Shown one piece after another: positions 40,801-48,237 of a DNA stretch of 64,000 nt (position 1 is its first letter; the number at the start of each line of letters is the position of its first letter). The stretch is from the NCBI GenBank assembly GCA_947258875.1, contig CAMYKB010000001.1:120037-184036 (forward strand). Direction: 5' to 3'. The translations under genes were made by a program, and so were the position numbers. Under the pieces are notes generated by a model. It saw only the letters and a list, made by a program, of their open reading frames with translations, had not been told where the DNA came from and made no database searches. This stretch comes from an uncultured Gammaproteobacteria bacterium. Its GTDB lineage: Bacteria > Pseudomonadota > Gammaproteobacteria > CAMYKB01.

Positions 40801-41125
40801 TTTTGTCTTCCAGTTGCATGCGTAGCACATCATCTTCCGGCGCATTTGCAACGCGCGCCAGCAACCCGGATTGTTCACCTGAAAACACGCTTACGGATCT
40901 GCGCAAGTCGCGCAGGGTCCGGCTAATTTCATTCGCTGCACCCTGCAGCAAGGTTGTGGCGATTTGCTGGTCATTCCGCTCATAATTGGCGGTGCGCATA
41001 ATAGCCTGCCATATAAGAAGACATCCAATGAGGATCGGTATGAGAATAAAATATAGCAGCGGGTAATCGGTAACCGATTTATTCCCGTGATGCCTTGTCG
41101 TGGTGTGGGTTGAGGCTTGATTCAT
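37883..41125 (-). CDS. Large multi-domain sensor histidine kinase (periplasmic sensor, PAS, GAF, two further PAS, HisKA, HATPase), FixL-like
   Basis: 1080 aa with two TM helices bracketing a periplasmic domain of about 240 aa, PAS/GAF repeats, H-box HEINQPLAAI and FixL-type ATPase boxes. Separated from the regulator gene by 6 bp. Confidence 0.85.
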   Translation of the reverse strand: MNQASTHTTTRHHGNKSVTDYPLLYFILIPILIGCLLIWQAIMRTANYERNDQQIATTLLQGAANEISRTLRDLRRSVSVFSGEQSGLLARVANAPEDDVLRMQLEDKIRRYFPDYLAFSIADDKGEVYLDDFENIIEEVCLHDIRRFVAQEYEQSVYVHPNPLAYHIDIMVPWLQANGDQGVFFLSFPPDIVAGILANRQIAGHDFLLLNSERTGLVEISAQGSRDKMQREFLLNERELASISHSEAIHGALWQLADIPGEDIYHGIRRSSWLQALVLFVGFLLTSLFTLWLIRQQEKRRLSAEEDVLQSHASLNSVIHGMQDALALKDLAGRYIMMNVACERMLGVSGDALAGKSDEDFMQQDAAAMARNAEEQVIETREAVSVEQQQLVDGAMHTFHVTRMPHRAAAGEVVGVIAVWHDITDRKMMESALSALAESAYQFSGDDFYNIAVNNLARSFNAPYAFVGVFADHTRKSIRTLAVSGNGEIVDNFEYHLEGTPCQNVFRDKRVLIADKAHERFPQDKVLEELGVKSYFGAPLVSSAGEIVGLVVVMDTKPMATRPWSDFILGIFGKRIALELEHGEAETALRASERRYRVLIDTMNEGLGIQDQHGILRYVNDRFCEITGYARQQIIGHPVKERARNLQNCLCPDLLKRKLKGEEVNSYETNFLRPDGVNIHLEISPQLLIGEDGRPRGSFAVISDVTESKQAQEALRKSEQQLRLVTDALPALISYVDKEQRYRFNNKAYEQWFGYPQFNIIGRHVREVLGDEAYDSIRDQIESALAGETVSYEKQINFSGSGIRYVHADYIPDIGAEAEVRGYYEIVADITEHRSAEEQVRLHQAELAHVARLSTMGEMATGLAHEINQPLAAIASYSDACLRMINSGNVNNDKLLNALKQTSAQSKRAGDIIRRIRDFVRKQESQKTLVNVNDIVQDTVEFAAADMRKSHVSLQLYFQQDLLPVLADSIQIEQVLLNLIRNGVESIHMYGAESGEIKISTHLNSDGLVQVTVEDTGVGLDAEHDGKIFDPFYTTKSEGMGMGLSISRSIIDAHSGCLWALQTSVGGAAFHFTLPLASNN

Positions 41126-41323
41126 TCAGGAATACTGACGCATGCACACTAAGACAATAGCCCTTAATCTACTGATTTGGCGGTAAACATTAAATTGAAT
41201 GGATGCTCCAGTCATGCTCAGTACTCGCCAGCAGATTCGGGTTAACAGCATTAATCCTTATAATATCTATAGAATAGTGGTTTCCCAAACAAGATTCACC
41301 TCAGAAAAAGCCGCACTACTATA

Positions 41324-43465
41324 ATGGAAAAGCAATCGCCACTAAATGCCGAACAAATGGAAGACCGGTTGGAAGAGCTGGTTGACGCAGCACTCAGCTC
41401 CCGCCGCACAGCGACTGAACCCGCCCGGCAAATGGCCACATTCGAGCGTGAGCGCCAGGAATTCATCCTCCACTGGGTATCTGCGACCGCCAAATCAAAT
41501 TCTGAGATGGCCTACCAACTCGCCGCCCATGCACATGAAGCCTTCAATCATATGGACAACAACGGGGTGGAGGCATGGATTATCCAGGCAATGGATCTGT
41601 TTGATAACAAGGGACTGACTGCAGGTATCGCCAGCCTCAAGGAGGCGCAACAATTTGCCAGGCACCGCCAGCAATGCGTGACTGGCCTTGCATTGGAAGA
41701 TATATCTGCTGTCCTGGAAAATTTTATTCATGGCCTGGATGGCCGGCTGTTACGGGTTGAGGCCGGCGAACATTGCTACACCGACACAGAAGTAGTGTAT
41801 CTACCCAGCTTCCTGGGACTCTTTCCCGAACGCGAGGATAATTTCCGCCTCTACAAAGCTATGGCTGTACATCAATGGGCGCAAACCTGGTATGGGACAC
41901 TGCGAGCCGAACACTTACAGGCTATGATATCGCACGGCCAACCAGGCACCGCTCTGCGCCATTATCATGCGCTTGAAACCGTACGGCTCGATGCCTGCAT
42001 CGAGCGTGAGTTACCCGGTATGTTTCGTGATATGCGCAGGCTGCGCAGCCAGCTCGACACCCCCAAGCAGGATGACCGCTGGCAACAGTTCACACAAATC
42101 CTGCGATCACCGTATGCCACCGCTGATGACAGTCGGTCACTGTTGCTTGAGCTCGACCACAGAATTATTCCGCAAGCCTGTTGCTATCAGGGGACAATGA
42201 TTGCTGACGTAACACTGGCTGTCATCAACCAACGGATCGAGCAGGACAAACACAAGCTGCGTATCGCCCTCGCCCGCCTCAAGGAGGAGTTGGAGGATGC
42301 CGATTCCTCCAGTTGGTCACAACAGGGCGACGTCAGTGAAACAGAAGTAGCGCCCGTTAAGCTACGCAAGGTCGCTGCCAGCGACCTACCGGAAAATTTC
42401 ACTTACGAACTGGAACTGGGCGACACCCCAATCGAAATCCCGCCGGATGTCCGCAGCACAGTGGCATCCATTATCCAGGACCTGGGCGCTATCCCTGATG
42501 ATTACCTGGTGGCAGCAGGCCAGGGCAGTTACAGCATGGCAACGCAGCCAAGCCATGACCCGGACGACGTATGGAAAGGCACCTATCATGAAGAAGGCGC
42601 GGCGCTCTACAACGAGTGGGATCATGCACGCCAGCATTATCGCAAAAACTGGTGTGTCTTGCGCGAACGCGATGTGCATCCAAAATTCGACGATTTTGCT
42701 GAAAAGACGCTTGGCAAACATCGCGGGCTGGTTAAATCCCTGCGCCGCACTTTCGAGGCGTTACGCGGCGAAGACAAGTTGATGAAAAAACAGCCCTACG
42801 GAGAAGACATTGATATCGACGCGTTGGTCGAAGCCTATGCGGATGTCAGCTCAGGCCTTGAGATGAGTGATAACGTCTTTACCAAGATGCATAAGGAGGA
42901 ACGTGATATCGCAGTCATGTTTATGGTGGACATGAGCGGTTCCACCAAGGGCTGGATTAACGATGCCGAACGCGAAACGCTGATACTATTATGTGAAGCT
43001 CTTGAAACCTTGGGGGATCGTTACGCCATCTACGGCTTTTCCGGCATGACACGCAAGCGTTGCGAGCTCTTTAGGATCAAACGCTTTGACGAGCACTATA
43101 GCGATGATGTCCGCGCACGCATCAGCGGCATACTGCCACAAGACTACACCCGCATGGGCGTTGCAATCCGGCACCTCAGTCGTTTATTACATGAAATCGA
43201 GGCACGCACCAAACTATTGATCACATTATCGGATGGCAAACCGGATGATTACACCGACTACCGAGGCGAGTACGGTATAGAAGATACGCGCCAGGCACTG
43301 TTCGAGGCACGCCGCGATGGCATTCATCCATTCTGCATCACCATCGATGACGACGCAGAAGAGTATCTGCCACACATGTATGGTGCCGTAAATTACGTCG
43401 TCATCAATGACGTCAGGAAATTACCGTTAAAGGTCTCCGATATTTACCGGAAATTAACAACCTGA
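41324..43465 (+). CDS. cbbO: VWA-domain partner of the MoxR ATPase (CbbO/NorD family)
   Basis: 713 aa. C-terminal VWA domain with MIDAS motif (VMFMVDMSGST...). N-terminal region shows CbbO/NorD-like conserved blocks. CbbO versus NorD cannot be distinguished with confidence. Confidence 0.7.
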   Translation: MEKQSPLNAEQMEDRLEELVDAALSSRRTATEPARQMATFERERQEFILHWVSATAKSNSEMAYQLAAHAHEAFNHMDNNGVEAWIIQAMDLFDNKGLTAGIASLKEAQQFARHRQQCVTGLALEDISAVLENFIHGLDGRLLRVEAGEHCYTDTEVVYLPSFLGLFPEREDNFRLYKAMAVHQWAQTWYGTLRAEHLQAMISHGQPGTALRHYHALETVRLDACIERELPGMFRDMRRLRSQLDTPKQDDRWQQFTQILRSPYATADDSRSLLLELDHRIIPQACCYQGTMIADVTLAVINQRIEQDKHKLRIALARLKEELEDADSSSWSQQGDVSETEVAPVKLRKVAASDLPENFTYELELGDTPIEIPPDVRSTVASIIQDLGAIPDDYLVAAGQGSYSMATQPSHDPDDVWKGTYHEEGAALYNEWDHARQHYRKNWCVLRERDVHPKFDDFAEKTLGKHRGLVKSLRRTFEALRGEDKLMKKQPYGEDIDIDALVEAYADVSSGLEMSDNVFTKMHKEERDIAVMFMVDMSGSTKGWINDAERETLILLCEALETLGDRYAIYGFSGMTRKRCELFRIKRFDEHYSDDVRARISGILPQDYTRMGVAIRHLSRLLHEIEARTKLLITLSDGKPDDYTDYRGEYGIEDTRQALFEARRDGIHPFCITIDDDAEEYLPHMYGAVNYVVINDVRKLPLKVSDIYRKLTT

Positions 43466-43497
43466 ATGCCTCTTGACTTAAGGAGCATCAGGTTATG

Positions 43498-43953
43498 TCA
43501 GCTGCGCCGCCGCTTACGGCGCACTTCGAAACCAACAATCGAGGGCATGATCTTATCGTAAGGGATATTTTCCAGGCCCCCAAATGTGGTGATGGCTTCA
43601 TCCACCAGCGAAATTACGTCTGCGACGAAGGCACTATCCAAGGGTGCAGAATCAATTAATCTCTGCAACCCCAGCAAACCACCGCTCTGTACCTTGATTT
43701 CGGCATTATGCGGCAACGGGCCGGAGATACGTGTCAGCTGCAAGGCGAATCGCGCATTGCTACGCAGGCATTTCAGTATATCGGAACAATTCGCCAATCC
43801 TTGTACCGACTGGCAGGCCACACCTTCCCTGTCAGCAAGATTAAAGCGGTGGGATTGCCGGCAGGCGCAGCCACGCAAGTTAATCGCCTTCTCAAAGACA
43901 CAACGCCGTTCATTAATTTCATTGTATGCTGCGCGGTATTCGTGTTCTTCCAT
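43498..43953 (-). CDS. Hypothetical Cys-rich protein (151 aa)
   Basis: CVFEKAINLRGCACRQS...CQSVQGLANCSDILKC cysteine cluster and a basic C-terminal tail (RRKRRRS). Confidence 0.4.
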   Translation of the reverse strand: MEEHEYRAAYNEINERRCVFEKAINLRGCACRQSHRFNLADREGVACQSVQGLANCSDILKCLRSNARFALQLTRISGPLPHNAEIKVQSGGLLGLQRLIDSAPLDSAFVADVISLVDEAITTFGGLENIPYDKIMPSIVGFEVRRKRRRS

Positions 43954-43976
43954 AAAGCGATATCGTCAAACAGCGG

Positions 43977-44210
43977 CTATTTTTCCCACTCACGCATGAT
44001 GGGCTCTGGGCGTTGCTGTGTGAGTTGTTGTTCTGCCAACTCATCGCTCTCGGCAAAAATCACTTTGATAGTGACATCAGCAGGCTGCTCGGTACGCAGA
44101 CTACGCGCATGGTTTTTCGCTTCCCGGAACGCATCAAAGCTATCGAGTAATTCGAGGCTTCTGCCCCGTGAAGCGGATTCATCGGTTATTCTAAAGACAA
44201 AATAAGGCAT
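43977..44210 (-). CDS. Hypothetical small protein (about 78 aa)
   Basis: ATG at 44210 with a GGGAG RBS. The upstream part of the tracked ORF looks non-coding. Confidence 0.35.
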   Translation of the reverse strand: MPYFVFRITDESASRGRSLELLDSFDAFREAKNHARSLRTEQPADVTIKVIFAESDELAEQQLTQQRPEPIMREWEK

Positions 44211-44365
44211 GAAATTTATAGACTCCCGGGATTGCACCAATAATACCCTGCGGCATATCCAGGCAGTCATTATAGCATTCGCAGGAGTCTGCGTGTTTCC
44301 CGTAATGCTATTGCTGACCATCGCAAGCCCGTATAATACTAAAACACAGGTTTCCGGAGTAAGGT

Positions 44366-44671
44366 ATGGCAAATGAATTCATTGCAGCCGCAGAAATCGA
44401 TGGCGTTCCGATGGGTAAAATGAACAAAATCCGCGTTAACGGCCGCCCTATCTCGCTGACCAATGGTGAAGCCGCCATTTATGCCACCGATGACACCTGC
44501 AGACACGCAGACGCATTACTTTATCTGGCCTGCTTCAAGGGCGAACTAGTGAATAGCAGCCTTCACGGTAGCCGCTTAAATGTGGGCACTGTACAAACCA
44601 CAGAGAAAACCGTCACCGAATCGGCCAAAATCTATCCGAGTCAGTATTATCAACAACACAATTCTTATTAA
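44366..44671 (+). CDS. Rieske-like ferredoxin-fold protein with a degenerate cluster-binding site
   Basis: First box CRH is present (DDTCRHADA). The second box is SSLHGS instead of CPxHG, so one Cys ligand is replaced by Ser. Confidence 0.5.
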   Translation: MANEFIAAAEIDGVPMGKMNKIRVNGRPISLTNGEAAIYATDDTCRHADALLYLACFKGELVNSSLHGSRLNVGTVQTTEKTVTESAKIYPSQYYQQHNSY

Positions 44672-44677
44672 AGCCAC

Positions 44678-45478
44678 GTGAATACACTATCAAAACCCGA
44701 ACGCCTGCAGGATATAGTACGACTAGCCGCTCAGGAGGAATTACTGCCGCGCTTTGAAAAGGTCGGGCATAAAATCAAGGCCGATGGCAGCATCCTCACC
44801 GAAGCCGATCTCGCGATGGACCAGCGACTCAAGAGTGAACTCTCCAGCCTCTGGCCTGAGACGGGCTTTCTCAGCGAGGAAATGACTGTCGATGAACAGG
44901 AAAATTTATTGCGTAACCCTCGGCAACCGCTGTGGTGTCTGGACCCACTCGATGGCACCAGTAATTTTGCCGCCGGAATTCCATTATTTGGTGTATCGCT
45001 TGCACTCATCAGCGATGGCAAACCGCTTATCAGCGTAATCTACGACCCGATAAAAGATGAATGCTTTTATGCAGAAAGCGGCAGAGGCGTCTGGCTGAAC
45101 AAACAACGATTGATTCCAAACAAGCATGCCCGTCCGCTCAAACAATCCATCGCAATGATCGACCTGAAGCGGCTACCTGCGCAACTGGCGACTCATTTGA
45201 TTACCCAACCCCCCTACGGATCGCAACGCAATTTCGGCTCCTGCGCACTGGAATGGTGCTGGCTCGCCGCCGGCCGCGGGCACTTATCCCTGCACGGCGG
45301 GCAAAAACTATGGGACTATGCAGCTGGCGTCTTGATACTGGAAGAAGCCGGTGGTTACAGTTGCACCTTGCAAGCCGAGCCGGTATTTAAACCTGTATTG
45401 TCTCCACGCTCGGTGATCGCCTCGCTGGATGAAGATTTATGGCGGGCTTGGAAGCTATGGATTAATGAACAGCGGTAA
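44678..45478 (+). CDS. Inositol monophosphatase family protein (SuhB/CysQ-like)
   Basis: Motifs DPLDGT and WDYAAG with surrounding conserved blocks. Confidence 0.75.
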   Translation: MNTLSKPERLQDIVRLAAQEELLPRFEKVGHKIKADGSILTEADLAMDQRLKSELSSLWPETGFLSEEMTVDEQENLLRNPRQPLWCLDPLDGTSNFAAGIPLFGVSLALISDGKPLISVIYDPIKDECFYAESGRGVWLNKQRLIPNKHARPLKQSIAMIDLKRLPAQLATHLITQPPYGSQRNFGSCALEWCWLAAGRGHLSLHGGQKLWDYAAGVLILEEAGGYSCTLQAEPVFKPVLSPRSVIASLDEDLWRAWKLWINEQR

Positions 45479-45500
45479 CAGCGTTACCAACAAACACGCA

Positions 45501-45833
45501 ATGGAGAAAAAAACAAATATAAAGCCACTGAAAAATCATATCAAACTCTCCAGGCTGAATTTCGCGCTTGGCATTATGAGCCTCACTTTGTTCATTATAA
45601 TTTTTATGCTCTTCAAAAAAACCGATATCGCCGTGCTATGTTTGCCATCTGCGTTTTTTTATTTCGCACTAGCCATCGCCACCCGGCATGAACTCGAACT
45701 GGCAAGAAAGATCTGTGTCGGACTGGGTGTACTGATGATATTTGGATTTCCAGTGGGCACTATCGTCGCCATGTATTTTTATTTACCATATACAGTATGG
45801 GACAAGAGCAATAGCGAATCAGCTCAGGCGTAG
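45501..45833 (+). CDS. Small AT-rich membrane protein (3 TM)
   Basis: Three hydrophobic helices. The gene is strongly AT-rich relative to its neighbours. Confidence 0.4.
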   Translation: MEKKTNIKPLKNHIKLSRLNFALGIMSLTLFIIIFMLFKKTDIAVLCLPSAFFYFALAIATRHELELARKICVGLGVLMIFGFPVGTIVAMYFYLPYTVWDKSNSESAQA

Positions 45834-45858
45834 CTTCCAATAGTTTCAGATATTATCA

Positions 45859-46452
45859 ATGTCATCCTCTTCCAAAAAAGTAATCTATGCCGCCCTGGTG
45901 GGGAATTTCTCGATTCACGAATTTACCAAGGCCAAGGGCAAGTGGGGGTATATCGAAGCTGTACAACGCGGCAAGGACCCGTCCCTGTTTGTGGTGCTGT
46001 TCGAAGATTCTGCAGCCTTACTGGGCTTAGTGGTTGCCTTTGCAGGGGTATTGTTATCACAGCTGACAGGCATCCTATATTTCGATGGCATAGCATCGAT
46101 CCTGATCGGCACCATACTTGGCACTACAGCCGCCTGGTTGGCCTATGAGACGAAAGGTTTGCTGATCGGCGAAAGCGCCAACCAAAAAGTACGCCAGGGT
46201 ATTCGCGAAATCGCGCTAACTTACCCTGAGATCAGCCATGTAAACGAACTCCTGACCATGCACATGGGACCTGAGTTTATTCTGGTGAATATCAGCGTGA
46301 ACTTTATTGATGATGCCATAGCCGATGATATCGAGAATGCGATATCGCGGCTGGACCGGCACATTAAACACGACTACCCAAACGTCAAGCGGGTGTTTGT
46401 TGAGGCTGAGGCGATTAAGCACACGACTAACCCGCAAACTTTATCGGGTTGA
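45859..46452 (+). CDS. Cation diffusion facilitator (CDF) family protein, apparently N-terminally truncated (TM5-TM6 plus the cytoplasmic dimerisation domain only)
   Basis: Aligns to the C-terminal ~150 aa of FieF-type CDFs (FVVLFEDSAALLGLV..., ZT-dimer block HMGPEFILVNISV...PNVKRVFVEAE). The N-terminal 45 aa cannot encode TM1-4. Confidence 0.55.
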   Translation: MSSSSKKVIYAALVGNFSIHEFTKAKGKWGYIEAVQRGKDPSLFVVLFEDSAALLGLVVAFAGVLLSQLTGILYFDGIASILIGTILGTTAAWLAYETKGLLIGESANQKVRQGIREIALTYPEISHVNELLTMHMGPEFILVNISVNFIDDAIADDIENAISRLDRHIKHDYPNVKRVFVEAEAIKHTTNPQTLSG

Positions 46453-46515
46453 CTTGTCCGCATCGATACCCAACAGTGTAACAACATCAGCAGAAACCAT
46501 GTCGCAGGAGTAACA

Positions 46516-47259
46516 ATGAGCCGTTGGGTTGAAGCCCGGGTTGTCGCCAACAAGTACTGGACCGATCGTTTGTATTCATTACAACTCGAAGCTGACGAGG
46601 TGCCCTTCGAGGCAGGTCAGTTCGGCCGACTGGCACTGGATATAGATGATAAACGTGTCGCAAGGCCGTATTCATTTGTCAACGCACCCCACGAAAGACC
46701 TTATGAATTTTATTCCATAACGGTACCAGATGGCCCACTGTCTAACCGACTGCATGCTTTACAACCTGGTGACACAGTATGGCTGGCGGTCAAGGGTTCC
46801 GGATTCTTTACGCTCTCCGAAGTCCCCGAGGCCAAACACCTTTGGATGTTGTCTACGGGAACCGCATTAGGCCCCTTCCTCTCGATACTCAAGACCAAAA
46901 CGCCCTGGCAACGATTTGAAAAGATCGTACTGGTGCATGCCGTTCGACATGCAGAGGAACTGGCTTACCGCGATACGATCGATGCTTTCTCAGAAGCGCA
47001 CAACAAACAATTCACGTACATTCCGTTTGTCAGTCGCGAGGACACCAATTTTGCTATTCGCGGGCGGATTCCCGCAGCAATCGAGGATGGTCAGTTGGAG
47101 GAAAAAGCCGGCATTAAACTCACTACAGAAGATACGCAAATAATGTTATGCGGCAATCCTGACATGGTGAAAGACACGCGCAAGATTTTGGAAAAGCGCG
47201 GTTTCAGAAAGAACCGCCGCAAAGAACCCGGGCATATCACCACGGAAAACTACTGGTAG
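46516..47259 (+). CDS. fpr: Ferredoxin-NADP+ reductase (Fpr-type, FAD/NAD-binding)
   Basis: RPYSF FAD motif, GTALGP NAD(P) motif, and the C-terminal ...TENYW typical of bacterial Fpr. Confidence 0.85.
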   Translation: MSRWVEARVVANKYWTDRLYSLQLEADEVPFEAGQFGRLALDIDDKRVARPYSFVNAPHERPYEFYSITVPDGPLSNRLHALQPGDTVWLAVKGSGFFTLSEVPEAKHLWMLSTGTALGPFLSILKTKTPWQRFEKIVLVHAVRHAEELAYRDTIDAFSEAHNKQFTYIPFVSREDTNFAIRGRIPAAIEDGQLEEKAGIKLTTEDTQIMLCGNPDMVKDTRKILEKRGFRKNRRKEPGHITTENYW

Positions 47260-47279
47260 ACGAGCATTACACAGAAACT

Positions 47280-48179
47280 TCAAAAAGCACTCAGCTTCAA
47301 TACGATATTCAGCCCATAATTACTGGTTTCGCTGCCGGGTTCAAAGATGCTCATATTGACGGGTACGCCGCCGCTGGTAAGCGTTTGATTGTCGCTACGG
47401 CCAAAGCCCCAGGTCTCATAGTAGGGTTCAACCAGCAACTCCCATCTATCAGCGAGCTCTTGCGTGAATACCAGTCCGATTCTCGCACCATTCTGCCGCC
47501 CCAGCTCGAACTCAAGATTGTCGTAACCCGCGAAGCCCATGAAGTCTACTTCGATCTCAGGCAACACCGTGTGTGTCACCCTCACATCAAGCTGCAATGA
47601 TCTGGAACCGCGTTGGTAGGTGCCGATTTTTGCCCCCATGAGGAAATAGCCCCACTGATAGATTTCCAACAAACCGGCAACAGCGCGCCCATCAGGCAGA
47701 CGTGTGGGCAGGATATTGCGTTCCCAGCGGTGCCAGCCCAGACCACCATAGAGTACATGCTGCAGACCGTTCTCCTGAATTACATCATAGCCCACCCAAA
47801 TCACATCATCGGTAATCGAGGCCTCGGATTGTGTCTTTAGTGGAATCCCGCCACGCAGGGTCTGGCCCGTATAATCAACCGTATCACTATAGTAATCCCG
47901 CTCCAATGTGACCCGCCAGGGATACTTGGCCAGCGAGAACCCCAACAGCATACCTGGCAGCAGACCGTCTTCGCGATCCAGCAAAACACCATTGTCGGTG
48001 AATTCCTGGTAACCAAAATCAACAACTGAGGCCCCGAAATAAACATGTACCTCCAGATCATCAGCTGCGGTTACGGATTGAAGTGGAGAAACCATAACCA
48101 GCAAACAGCCATACAGTAGCTGCCATACTGCGCAGGATCTGGATTGTCGTTGATATGATGGCATGATCGTCCTTGTCAT
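47280..48179 (-). CDS. Outer-membrane beta-barrel protein (MipA/OmpV-like?)
   Basis: Signal peptide, alternating amphipathic beta-strand pattern, C-terminal Phe (...LKLSAF). The start is placed after the upstream terminator hairpin. Confidence 0.55.
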   Translation of the reverse strand: MTRTIMPSYQRQSRSCAVWQLLYGCLLVMVSPLQSVTAADDLEVHVYFGASVVDFGYQEFTDNGVLLDREDGLLPGMLLGFSLAKYPWRVTLERDYYSDTVDYTGQTLRGGIPLKTQSEASITDDVIWVGYDVIQENGLQHVLYGGLGWHRWERNILPTRLPDGRAVAGLLEIYQWGYFLMGAKIGTYQRGSRSLQLDVRVTHTVLPEIEVDFMGFAGYDNLEFELGRQNGARIGLVFTQELADRWELLVEPYYETWGFGRSDNQTLTSGGVPVNMSIFEPGSETSNYGLNIVLKLSAF

Positions 48180-48183
48180 GAGA

Positions 48184-48212
48184 TAAAAAAAGCGCAGGCA
48201 AATTCGCCTGCG
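48184..48212 (-). terminator. Rho-independent terminator after the lipoprotein gene (minus strand)
   Basis: gcgcaggcgaatttgcctgcgc hairpin followed by a T7 run on the minus strand. Confidence 0.65.
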
Positions 48213-48237
48213 CTTAATCATACTATGTCTGTGTAAA

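Noticed and set aside
45859-46452. Calling the CDF fragment a formal pseudogene
   Set aside because: The reading frame is intact with its own ATG and could encode a functional soluble or dimerisation fragment. Truncation is inferred only from domain content, so it was kept as a CDS with a note.
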